Shown here: piece by piece, positions 38,876-48,035 of the stretch
Position numbering within the stretch: the first letter of the stretch is position 1
Layout: each line of letters opens with the position of its first letter
Assembly (NCBI GenBank): GCA_030611515.1
Contig: JAUWPQ010000001.1
Span: 1 to 50,616, forward strand
DNA: 50,616 nt
Direction of reading: 5' to 3'
Origin: Planctomycetota bacterium
Lineage (GTDB): Bacteria; Planctomycetota; Planctomycetia; Pirellulales; Thermoguttaceae
Notes under the pieces: generated by a model
The model's database searches: none
Seen by the model: the letters and a program-made list of their open reading frames with translations, nothing else
Told to the model about the DNA's origin: nothing
Program-made: the position numbers and the translations under genes

Positions 38876-38944
38876 CTGGCCGCTAAAGCGGCCAGCCCTC
38901 CGATCCCTTCTCCCTCTTCCCTCCTCTCTCTTCTCTCTTCACCC
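38876..38944. repeat. composite element, copy 3: CTGGCCGCTAAAGCGGCCAGCCCTC hairpin plus polypyrimidine tract
   Basis: Same orientation as copy 1 (34469). It abuts the stop codon of the cyclase gene (38944-38946). Confidence 0.8.
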
Positions 38945-40866
38945 TATTTGCTTGCCAGCGGGATCACCCCGTCCCAGTCCGGGGGCGGGCGGCGGTTGTG
39001 CTGGGCGATGTGGACCACCAGAAAATCCTTCACCTGGTCCGCCGCCGGGATGCGGTGCAATAACTCGAACGCCTGCTGCCATTTGCCCGATAGAAAAGCA
39101 TCGAGCGCCGCTTCGTAAAACTCCAAGTGCTCGTCGGTCAATTCGGGGTACTCCGAAACGGGCGGCAGCAGTTCGCTGACCTCCAGCGGCGTGTCCAATC
39201 CGTAGGGGCGCACGATTGCCAACCGCCGCACCCGGGCAATGTCGCGCGGTACTTCTTGGCGAACGATCCGCGCCGTGGCCTCGTCCAGCAGAATGGAGGC
39301 CTGAATGATCTTGGTCATCCCCTCGAGCCGCGAGGCAAGATTCACCACCGGGCCGAAGACGGTCACCTTCACCTGATCGACGGTGCCGATTTTGCCCGCC
39401 ACGGCCGGACCGGTGGCCACTCCGATTCCGGTTCGGAACCCGGTTGCGGCCTCGAACTCGGCGCGGACGGCCAACGCCGCGCGGCAGGTGCGCAGGACGG
39501 CGTCCTTTTGCGGCAGCGGCCAGCCCCAGAATCCCATCGCGGCGTCGCCTTGGAAATCGCCCACCACGCCCCCTTGCTCGCGGATGTGGTGGGTCATCAC
39601 GCCCAAGGCTTTGCTCACTCGCCGCAGCAGTCCGAGCAGGTCGCCTGCCTGACGTTCCGACTCGCGCGAGAAGCCGCGGAGATCGCAGAAAATCACCGAA
39701 ACCTCCGTCTCGCGCGGCGCGAGAACCACTTCTGGGTCTTCGTCGGCCAGCGAGTCGAGCACCACTGGCGAGAAGAACTGGCTGAGCGTGGCCTGGCGAT
39801 GCTCCAGCAGCCGCATCTGCCGCAACGAACTGAGCATGGCCGCCACCAACTCGGTGAACTTTACGTCCTCGCGCAGATCGGTGGGATCGGAGGAAGGTGT
39901 CGCGTCGGACTGCTCGACGTTGAACCGTCCGGCCACGTATAGCCCCCAGCCCCGGCAAGCCTTGCCCAGCACCGGCGTGCAAAAGGCCCAATCGAACGTG
40001 TCGCTGGCAGTGTACGAATCGGGCAAGGCCGAGGCCGCGCCGCGCCAGACGTGCAACACACTCTGACCTTGTCGCAACGATTCAAGGATAAGGCCCTGGC
40101 TAGGGCGAAAATTGCTGGTGATCGCCAGCCGCTGGTCCCAGTGGAGAACGAGGGGCGGGGGGCGGGGGGCGGGGGATTGGGGGTGGGAGGCGGGGGAGGA
40201 GGGAAGAGAGAAGGGTGAAGAGGGAAGAGAGAATCGGGGTGATTGAGGATTCTCTTCGCGTCCTCCGGCTCTTCTTTCTTCTCTCTTCTCTCCTCTCTCT
40301 TCTCTCTTCCCTCTTCCCTCGTCCCCCGTTCCCCGCCCCTCCTCAACGGCCACCACCGCCGCGGCGTCGGCACGGGGCACGCCCGCCAATATCATGCTCA
40401 CCAGCCGCACGAAAAGCTCCTTGTCGCCGGTCGCCCCGGAAATCACGTCCGGCAGCCGGCTGAGCACCTCGATGCGATGGTCGGGATTGCGGAACTGGAC
40501 TCCCTTGAGGTATTGCGCGCTGAACGACTGTTGTTGAACCGGGGCGGGCTGATCGACCGTAACGTCCACCTGCTGATCGGCCAGCGTGAAGGTGGTTTGC
40601 CCAACGACGAAATGTTCGCCGGGCGAAAGCTCGAACCGCTCGGCCTCCTTTCCGTGCAGAAAGACGGGGTTTTTCGCTTCCGGCAGCCGTTGGACCTCCA
40701 GCCGCCGACCGTTCCACGAGAGACCGACGTGCCGGCGCGAGACCTGGTGGTCCCAGGGCACGGCCCAAACGCCGCCGAACCTTCCCAGAACGATCTCCTG
40801 CCCCTCGGGCAGCGGCCGCCGCCAACGTTGTTGAGCTTCGGTTCCTTGTGCAATCAGGTCGGGCAT
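38944..40866 (-). CDS. FHA-domain adenylate/guanylate cyclase (class III)
   Basis: N-terminal FHA pattern (IVLGRFGG...VSRRHVGLSWNGRRLEVQRL...NPVFLHG). C-terminal CYCc (VIFCDLRGFS...GDFQGDAAMGFWGWP...GIGVATGPAVAGKIG...VFGPVVNLASRLEG). A low-complexity insert of about 65 aa separates the two domains. Confidence 0.8.
   Translation of the reverse strand: MPDLIAQGTEAQQRWRRPLPEGQEIVLGRFGGVWAVPWDHQVSRRHVGLSWNGRRLEVQRLPEAKNPVFLHGKEAERFELSPGEHFVVGQTTFTLADQQVDVTVDQPAPVQQQSFSAQYLKGVQFRNPDHRIEVLSRLPDVISGATGDKELFVRLVSMILAGVPRADAAAVVAVEEGRGTGDEGRGKREERGEKREERRAGGREENPQSPRFSLPSSPFSLPSSPASHPQSPAPRPPPLVLHWDQRLAITSNFRPSQGLILESLRQGQSVLHVWRGAASALPDSYTASDTFDWAFCTPVLGKACRGWGLYVAGRFNVEQSDATPSSDPTDLREDVKFTELVAAMLSSLRQMRLLEHRQATLSQFFSPVVLDSLADEDPEVVLAPRETEVSVIFCDLRGFSRESERQAGDLLGLLRRVSKALGVMTHHIREQGGVVGDFQGDAAMGFWGWPLPQKDAVLRTCRAALAVRAEFEAATGFRTGIGVATGPAVAGKIGTVDQVKVTVFGPVVNLASRLEGMTKIIQASILLDEATARIVRQEVPRDIARVRRLAIVRPYGLDTPLEVSELLPPVSEYPELTDEHLEFYEAALDAFLSGKWQQAFELLHRIPAADQVKDFLVVHIAQHNRRPPPDWDGVIPLASK
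40150..40344. repeat. roughly 195-bp imperfect palindrome of polypurine then polypyrimidine tracts, in frame in the cyclase CDS
   Basis: GAGGGGCGGGGGGCGGGG...GGGAAGAGAGAAGGGTGAAGAGGGAAGAGAGAATC, centre, then GATTCTCTTCGCG...CTCTCTTCCCTCTTCCC...CCCCGCCCCTCCTC. It is translated as EEGRGTGDEGRGKREERGEKREERR...SLPSSPFSLPSSPA. Confidence 0.8.
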
Positions 40867-40912
40867 GGGAGGGATTAGGGATTGAGGGAGGCGATTGTTG
40901 GGTCACACATTT

Positions 40913-41380
40913 TCATGGTTGTTCAGGTTCGGACAACACCCACGGAACGCGCGTTATGAATTCAAGCTGGATAAGGTGCTTGCCGGCGAAAGGTACCCGA
41001 ACCAACGCAAGGCTATTGGTAAAGCCAAATTCACACCCACCGGTAAGCTTCTCAAACTCATATACTCCGCCGCTTTCGTGAGTCTGCTTTATGACATCGC
41101 GGCCGGAAAGGATTCTGCCGACAACATGATACCATCCGCCCGTAAGATGCAGAGCGGAGTCCTCTCGACCATAGTGGCACAGCTCGACCGGCTTTCTAGG
41201 GTCGATGCCTAGCAGATTAGCAATTGATGTAAACCCCTTGGGAAAAGCCTTGTCTAACGCTGCCATGAAGTTTCGGCAGTCAGCACAATCGCATCCCGGT
41301 CCTTCCGGTTCGGCTTCATAGCACTTCCGGGTGCCATCCGGCTGATGTTCAATAGTCCAACGACCAATGGTGGAAATCAC
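40913..41380 (-). CDS. hypothetical protein (Cys-motif CDCADC)
   Basis: 155 aa with a GTG start. AT-richer region (line 41041-41100 has 29/60 G+C). No recognisable domain. Confidence 0.4.
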   Translation of the reverse strand: MISTIGRWTIEHQPDGTRKCYEAEPEGPGCDCADCRNFMAALDKAFPKGFTSIANLLGIDPRKPVELCHYGREDSALHLTGGWYHVVGRILSGRDVIKQTHESGGVYEFEKLTGGCEFGFTNSLALVRVPFAGKHLIQLEFITRVPWVLSEPEQP

Positions 41381-41426
41381 GATTTTCCCAATCCCCAGTA
41401 TCTAATCCCTAGTCCCTCACTCTTTT

Positions 41427-41456
41427 CCGCTCAACCGTTTCGCCATCCCCTACAGC
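41427..41456. repeat. direct repeat, left copy (decayed copy of the kinase gene's 3' end)
   Basis: CCGCTCAACCGTTTCGCCATCCCCTACAGC versus 42205-42234 CCGCTCAACCGCTTCGCCATCCCCCACAGC (28/30 identical). In the kinase frame the left copy has TGG changed to TAG. Confidence 0.8.
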
Positions 41457-41465
41457 TTGGCTCAT

Positions 41466-41810
41466 TCACCAAGTGCCGAAAATGCGTCGCAAGGCTGCGG
41501 AGATCGCGGCTCGATCCTCACTTTGAACACAGCCCAGGCAACGTTGGACCAGAGATTTTTCCAGTGTGGCCAGTTTGTGCAGTCGAACGGTTGAGGACGC
41601 AAGCAAACCAGCGTCTTTCCAATCATGGAGTAAAACGTCATGGTTGTCTTGCCCGCGCTGAGTCGTCACCCTGGCAACCAAGACGTCGGCATCGCCCACA
41701 TCCAAGACTACCATCGCCGGACGGATCTTGGTTTTGACGCCCGCCGTGTAAGGGAACGCGATGAGAACCAGATCACCCGGCTGATAGTTGATCATAGATT
41801 GCGTCGCCAT
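41466..41810 (-). CDS. mazF: PemK/MazF-family toxin endoribonuclease
   Basis: MINYQPGDLVLIAFPYTAGVKTKIRPAMVVL...ARVTTQ...SSTVRLHKLATLEKSLV is the PemK pattern. Alternative ATG at 41795. Confidence 0.8.
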   Translation of the reverse strand: MATQSMINYQPGDLVLIAFPYTAGVKTKIRPAMVVLDVGDADVLVARVTTQRGQDNHDVLLHDWKDAGLLASSTVRLHKLATLEKSLVQRCLGCVQSEDRAAISAALRRIFGTW

Positions 41811-41991
41811 CAGAGTAGCCGTTAAGAAACTGCTCCGCGGTCAGCCCAGCCCAAGACTGGTTCTCGGCCGCGTCCGGCACAAGCAACACGACTTGCAACG
41901 CCTTTTCCCCTTGGATTTGCCGGGCGACGGCAGGCGGAACCGTAAGCGTATGATCCGGGTTCAATTGGGTCTGGAACTCCAGGACTTTCAT
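41773..41991 (-). CDS. antitoxin (AbrB/MazE/SpoVT-like) cognate to the PemK toxin
   Basis: 72-aa ORF immediately upstream of the toxin and overlapping it. TVPPAVARQIQGEKALQVVLL resembles a swapped-hairpin barrel. Confidence 0.6.
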   Translation of the reverse strand: MKVLEFQTQLNPDHTLTVPPAVARQIQGEKALQVVLLVPDAAENQSWAGLTAEQFLNGYSDGDAIYDQLSAG

Positions 41992-42102
41992 GATGCCCTC
42001 CTTCTCGGATACGCGCCATCCACCTTTACTTTAATTTTAGGCTATTCGCTCCAGCTCTGCAAGCGCCGTTCATACTCTGTAGGTCGGGCATGGGACATCA
42101 AG

Positions 42103-42177
42103 TTTAGCCGCCGCGTCCACGCGGCGTGAATGGGGGCCATGTCGGCCATAATCCCCGGCGTGGACGCCGGGGCTAAA
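42103..42177. repeat. divergent member of the TTTAGCC-hairpin doublet class (family A-like)
   Basis: TTTAGCCGCCGCGTCCACGCGGCG...CCCCGGCGTGGACGCCGGGGCTAAA. Same architecture as family A but with different stem sequences. Confidence 0.7.
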
Positions 42178-42194
42178 CAACTTTTTTTCTCCCG

Positions 42195-44285
42195 CTACTG
42201 GTTCCCGCTCAACCGCTTCGCCATCCCCCACAGCCCGGCCATGACCAGAGCGATCGTTCCCAACGCGATCAGGCCGTAGTAGAGAAACCCGCGTTTCAAC
42301 TTGCTCAGCGTGGCGTTGATGGCCGTTTCGTAGTCCTCCTGGACGATCACGATCCAACCGGTGTCGGTGTCGCGGACGCGGACCGGCTCCATCCTGGCGA
42401 GCCACCGTCGGTTGAATTCGCCCCCCTCGGCGTCGACCGCCAGCGGGTCGCTGTAATGTTCCTCTCGCGCCGGCGTGTTGGGCAGGTCGTCTGACGCGAC
42501 GCGATAGTACTGAAACCGGTCGGGCAGCTTGGTCTCCTTCTCCATCAACTTGTCGAGCAGCGGATGTTGCAGCACAACGCCCTTATGGTCGCCCTCGCGA
42601 TTGTCCACCAGCACGGCGAATTGGTCGTCGCCGCCGGGAAAATCGACGAATCGCCCCACCTCGGCAGTCATCGCCACCACGCCCAGAAACTTTTTCTCCG
42701 GCGAGAGGTCGAACACCGGCGCGCTGATGGCAACTATCCAGCGAAAAGTGGACCGCGAGCGGAACACGTCGGAGAGCGTGGTCTGTTGGATGTGTTCGCC
42801 CGGCGCCGGACGCCAGGAGTCGGGCAGATCGTTCGGTCCGCCGTGAAAAAAGCTCCGCCAGGCGAAGTCTTTGCCGATCGTCCGCCCCTCCGGCACACGG
42901 ACGGTGGACACCCCGCCGGCGTCGCAAAAGAACCAACTGGCCACCTTTTCCTCTTCCGACGGCCGCGTCGTCGAGGTGAGCATCGCCGTAAGCTCCCGCT
43001 GCAATGTTTGCCGCTCGGGGTTTTCGAGAAATTGCCGCCGCACCGAGTCCTGTTCCGCCGGATCGATATTCGGATCGGCAAGCCGGACGAGCAAATCGTG
43101 CAGTTCGGGGTTTGCGAGGGCCTCGGCCAGCCGTTCACGAAACTGCTTCGAGGCGGCCACCTGTTCGACGATCCGGTAGCGGCTCTCCAACTCGTTGGAA
43201 GCGGTCCGGGCGGCGAATTGGGCCGCGAACCGGTTGGTCTCCAACGCTCGGGCCGTCAACGCGTCGTTCGACTGCCGCAAGGCCGTGCTGAATCCCTGAT
43301 AGGCGAACCACGCCACCACCGCCAGCAGCAACGCCGGACCGATCGCGCCGAGAACCATCATCGGACGACGGGCCAACCGCGCGGCACGCTCGTCCAGCGC
43401 GTCGAGGACCGCCTGAACGTTGGGAAACCGCTTTTCAGGATCAGCCGCCAAACAGCGATCCACGATCGCCGCGAGCATCTTGTCGACGCCCCGCCGCCGC
43501 CGATGTCCCGACACCAGCGGAGACTGTTCGATCGTCCGGCGATAGTGGGCGAGCCGTTCGGTCAACTCGGGCGTCCGCTCGAAGATGTCCGTGGTCTTAC
43601 CCGTCCTATGCGGCGGGCCGCCGGTCAACATGCAATACAACAGCGCCCCCAGCGCGTATACGTCCCAGCGCGCGTCGGGCATCGCCTCCAGGTCGGCCTG
43701 CTCCGGGGCCATGTAGAACATCGTCCCCAACGCCGGCGCCTGCTCGGTCGAGAGCCGCGACTGACCGAAATCGGCCAAGCGCGGTTTGCCGTCCTGGTCC
43801 AGCAGGATATTGGCCGGCTTCAGGTCGCAGTGCAAAACACCCTTGCCGTGGGCATGGATCAGGCCGATCGACACGTCGCGGAACAACGACACCGCCTCAT
43901 CGACCGGCAACTGCCCCTGGGCAATCCGGTCGGCCAGCGACCCTTTCTCCAGATACTCCATGATGTAGTAGGGCGGGTCGGAATCCCAGCCGACGCCCAA
44001 CAGTTGCACCACGTAGCGGTCGGCGAACAGAAAGGCGAGTTTCTCGACCTCGCGGCTCAGCAGCGACCAGTCGAGGCCCCCGCGATGGGCATAGAACTTG
44101 ATGGCCACCCGCCGGCCGGTGTTCCGTTCGCGGGCGACCCATACCTCGCCGTAAGCACCGACGCCCAGGAACCGCTCCGGCTCGTAGCCGGGCACTTCGG
44201 TGGGCAGAAAGCCGCGTTTCAGGCTCTTCTCCGCCGCCCGCCGCCGCTCCCCCCCATCTTGGATTTCCGTTCGGTCGGTGCTCAT
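42195..44285 (-). CDS. transmembrane Ser/Thr protein kinase with extracytoplasmic sensor (Cache-like) domain
   Basis: Hanks kinase motifs (GVGAYGEVWVA, VAIKF, HCDLKPANILL, DFG, APE). TM helix, a domain of about 330 aa, then a second TM helix near the C-terminus. Confidence 0.85.
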   Translation of the reverse strand: MSTDRTEIQDGGERRRAAEKSLKRGFLPTEVPGYEPERFLGVGAYGEVWVARERNTGRRVAIKFYAHRGGLDWSLLSREVEKLAFLFADRYVVQLLGVGWDSDPPYYIMEYLEKGSLADRIAQGQLPVDEAVSLFRDVSIGLIHAHGKGVLHCDLKPANILLDQDGKPRLADFGQSRLSTEQAPALGTMFYMAPEQADLEAMPDARWDVYALGALLYCMLTGGPPHRTGKTTDIFERTPELTERLAHYRRTIEQSPLVSGHRRRRGVDKMLAAIVDRCLAADPEKRFPNVQAVLDALDERAARLARRPMMVLGAIGPALLLAVVAWFAYQGFSTALRQSNDALTARALETNRFAAQFAARTASNELESRYRIVEQVAASKQFRERLAEALANPELHDLLVRLADPNIDPAEQDSVRRQFLENPERQTLQRELTAMLTSTTRPSEEEKVASWFFCDAGGVSTVRVPEGRTIGKDFAWRSFFHGGPNDLPDSWRPAPGEHIQQTTLSDVFRSRSTFRWIVAISAPVFDLSPEKKFLGVVAMTAEVGRFVDFPGGDDQFAVLVDNREGDHKGVVLQHPLLDKLMEKETKLPDRFQYYRVASDDLPNTPAREEHYSDPLAVDAEGGEFNRRWLARMEPVRVRDTDTGWIVIVQEDYETAINATLSKLKRGFLYYGLIALGTIALVMAGLWGMAKRLSGNQ
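42205..42234. repeat. direct repeat, right copy (within the kinase CDS 3' end)
   Basis: See 41427..41456. Confidence 0.8.
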
Positions 44286-44328
44286 GTCAATAGTATATCG
44301 GGGTTAATCGCCGGAATACAACACCGTT

Positions 44329-44356
44329 CACTATCCACTATCCACTATCCACTATT
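44329..44356. repeat. heptanucleotide tandem repeat (CACTATC) x4
   Basis: CACTATCCACTATCCACTATCCACTATT, in the divergent kinase/response-regulator intergenic region, 44 nt upstream of the kinase ATG. Confidence 0.85.
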
Positions 44357-44486
44357 CCTCGCGTTGACTTTGCTCATCCCGTAACGTAGATATTTGGCGA
44401 CGGTGCGTTGATTTCACCACCGTCGGCCGCGAGCCGTTACAACCGGCGTAACCGGAACCGGCCGATTTTTCGGAGCATATCGGGGG

Positions 44487-45878
<1,392 letters not shown>

Positions 45879-45928
45879 ACGGCACGACACGCCGCGGAGA
45901 GTGCATGGAACAGCCGGCGGTTAACAAC

Positions 45929-46051
45929 GTGTCCTGAAACAGTTCATTTAGCCCGCCGTGAATACACGGCGGGCCGGGTTGAATGCGGAAAATCGCTTGC
46001 CCCGGGTGTATTCACCCAGGGCTAAATACGGCGGTTTCAATTTCAGGACAC
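45929..46051. repeat. MITE/REP-doublet-like element, family A, copy 2 (most complete)
   Basis: Terminal inverted repeats GTGTCCTGAAA...TTTCAGGACAC enclose the two hairpins GCCCGCCGTG-AATA-CACGGCGGGC and CCCGGGTG-TATT-CACCCAGG. It lies between convergent gene ends. Confidence 0.85.
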
Positions 46052-46059
46052 GCTCTAAG

Positions 46060-47745
46060 TTATTCTTTCTTCTTCCGATCCAGCCGGCCGGATTTGTTGA
46101 TCGCCCGCCAGAGGCGGAGGCCCAGGGCGATGCTCACCGCGGCGGAGGCCGCGCCGGGAACCGAGAGGTTGGGCAACAACGGCGGCAGATGAATCAGCGG
46201 CGGCACGTTGCGGCTCAGCATCAGCGACGCGCCGACGAAAAGCGCGCTGGCCAACATCCCCAACACCAGCCGGTTCACCGACGGCTCCAATCCGCGATGG
46301 TCCAAATGGATGTCGAACCGCCCGGTCTGCATCTGTTCGAGCACGTCGGCGATTCCTTGGGGAAGGATGTCCAACAGATGCTCGAGTTCCGAGAAGAGCC
46401 GATACAGTTTTCGCAGCCGTCGGCGGGGCGAGAACCGCCGCAGCAAAAGGGTCCGCCGATAGGGCCGGATCATCTCGACCAGACTGAACTTCGGGCTTAT
46501 CAAGCGGGCGGTCCCTTCCAACGTGACCAGTGCCTTCAAGAGCATGGCGATCCGCGCGGGCAGCATGATCCGGTAGCGGCGGACCTGCTCCATCATCTCA
46601 TTGAGTGCCCCGCTCAGGTCGAACTTGTCCAGCGATTGGCCGGCGTAGTAGGAGAGGAAATCGGCCACGTCCAGCGCCAGGGCCGAGCGGTCCAGGTCGG
46701 CCGGCGTCTTGCCCAGCCTAAGGATCATCGAGGTCATGTGCTCGGCGTCGAGATTGCTCAGCGCGACGAGCATCTCGGAGACGTCCTCGTGCAGTCGCTG
46801 ATCGATCCGGCCGACCATTCCGAAATCGAGCAGTCCGACCCGGCAGCCGTCCATTGCCAATAAATTGCCCGGATGGGGATCGGCGTGATAGAACCCGTTC
46901 TCGAAGATCATTTTCAGGCAGACGGCCGCGCCGCGCCGGGCGAGTTGATCGGTGTCGATGTTGGCCTCGGCCAGCCGCTTCTTCTCCGACAATTTGATCC
47001 CGTCGAGCAGTTCCATCGTCAGCACGCGCTGGCTGGAAAACTCGGGGTAAGTGCGTGGGATATGGACCGTCTGATCGCGGCGGAAGTCGTGGGCAAACTG
47101 CTGAATGTTGCGCTGCTCGCGGCCGAAGTCCAGCTCGCGCCGCATCGACCGCTGAAACTCGGCCACGATTGCCTGCGGGCGGTAGTTGTGGAACTCGGGT
47201 ATCATGTCGGCCATCACGGCCAGACCGGCCAGGATATCCATGTCGACGGCCACTTTTTTCTCGATCTCCGCGTGCAAGACTTTTACGACCACCGCCTCGC
47301 CAGAGTGGAGCCGGGCGCGATGCACCTGTCCGATCGAGGCCGAGGCCATCGCCTCCGGCTCGAACTCGGCGAAGAGTTGCTCGACCGGCTTGCCCAACTC
47401 GCTTTCGATCAGCTTGCGGATGACCTCGGGTGGATCGGAGGGCACATTGGCCTGAAGCTGCTGGAATTCCTCGGCCAACCTCACCCCCACCAGGTCTGGA
47501 CGGGTGCTGAGGATTTGGCCCAATTTGATGAACGTCGGCCCCAATTCGGCCAGCGCCATCCGCAGGCGGGTTTCCCAGGATTCTCGGGCGATGACCGCGC
47601 CGCCCCGGGCCTTCAATATATCCTTGGCGAAATCGGGCCCTAGCCGTCCAATCCACGTCGCCAGCCCGTACTTACTCAATACCGCCAGAATCTCGCGCCA
47701 GCGGCCCAAGTGACGGTAGCTTTGTGGTATCGAGCTGATTTTCAT
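46060..47745 (-). CDS. ABC1/UbiB-family atypical kinase
   Basis: ATG at 47745. LGPTFIKLGQILSTRPDLV, ASIGQVH, HADPHPGNL, and two TM helices at the C-terminus. Confidence 0.85.
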   Translation of the reverse strand: MKISSIPQSYRHLGRWREILAVLSKYGLATWIGRLGPDFAKDILKARGGAVIARESWETRLRMALAELGPTFIKLGQILSTRPDLVGVRLAEEFQQLQANVPSDPPEVIRKLIESELGKPVEQLFAEFEPEAMASASIGQVHRARLHSGEAVVVKVLHAEIEKKVAVDMDILAGLAVMADMIPEFHNYRPQAIVAEFQRSMRRELDFGREQRNIQQFAHDFRRDQTVHIPRTYPEFSSQRVLTMELLDGIKLSEKKRLAEANIDTDQLARRGAAVCLKMIFENGFYHADPHPGNLLAMDGCRVGLLDFGMVGRIDQRLHEDVSEMLVALSNLDAEHMTSMILRLGKTPADLDRSALALDVADFLSYYAGQSLDKFDLSGALNEMMEQVRRYRIMLPARIAMLLKALVTLEGTARLISPKFSLVEMIRPYRRTLLLRRFSPRRRLRKLYRLFSELEHLLDILPQGIADVLEQMQTGRFDIHLDHRGLEPSVNRLVLGMLASALFVGASLMLSRNVPPLIHLPPLLPNLSVPGAASAAVSIALGLRLWRAINKSGRLDRKKKE

Positions 47746-47772
47746 GGCACGGCCGTCCGCCGATAGGGGGGA

Positions 47773-47835
47773 GGGGACAGGTCCAATTTGTGCGAAGCAC
47801 CCTTCGGGCCGTTCCGGCAAATTGGACCTGTCCCC
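47773..47835. repeat. REP doublet related to the RAYT-associated repeat core
   Basis: GGGGACAGGTCCAATTTG (47773-47790) and CAAATTGGACCTGTCCCC (47818-47835). It shares GGGACAGGTC with the 21-mer TAAACGGGACAGGTCTAATTA. Confidence 0.75.
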
Positions 47836-48035
47836 TTATTCCCCTCTACTCTACGTCAGCCGCGGTCCAAATGCCAGCACCACCCCACCCGCTATACGGC
47901 TATCCCGTGCTACATAGCGCAGTAGTACTAACAGCCCCCGGTTATTGTTCACGAAATTGTTGCTATCCTGATACTCAATTGCCCCGGCATTCGTGCCGGG
48001 CGGTTTATTCCCGTTATTCCCACCGAGGTGCGTTC

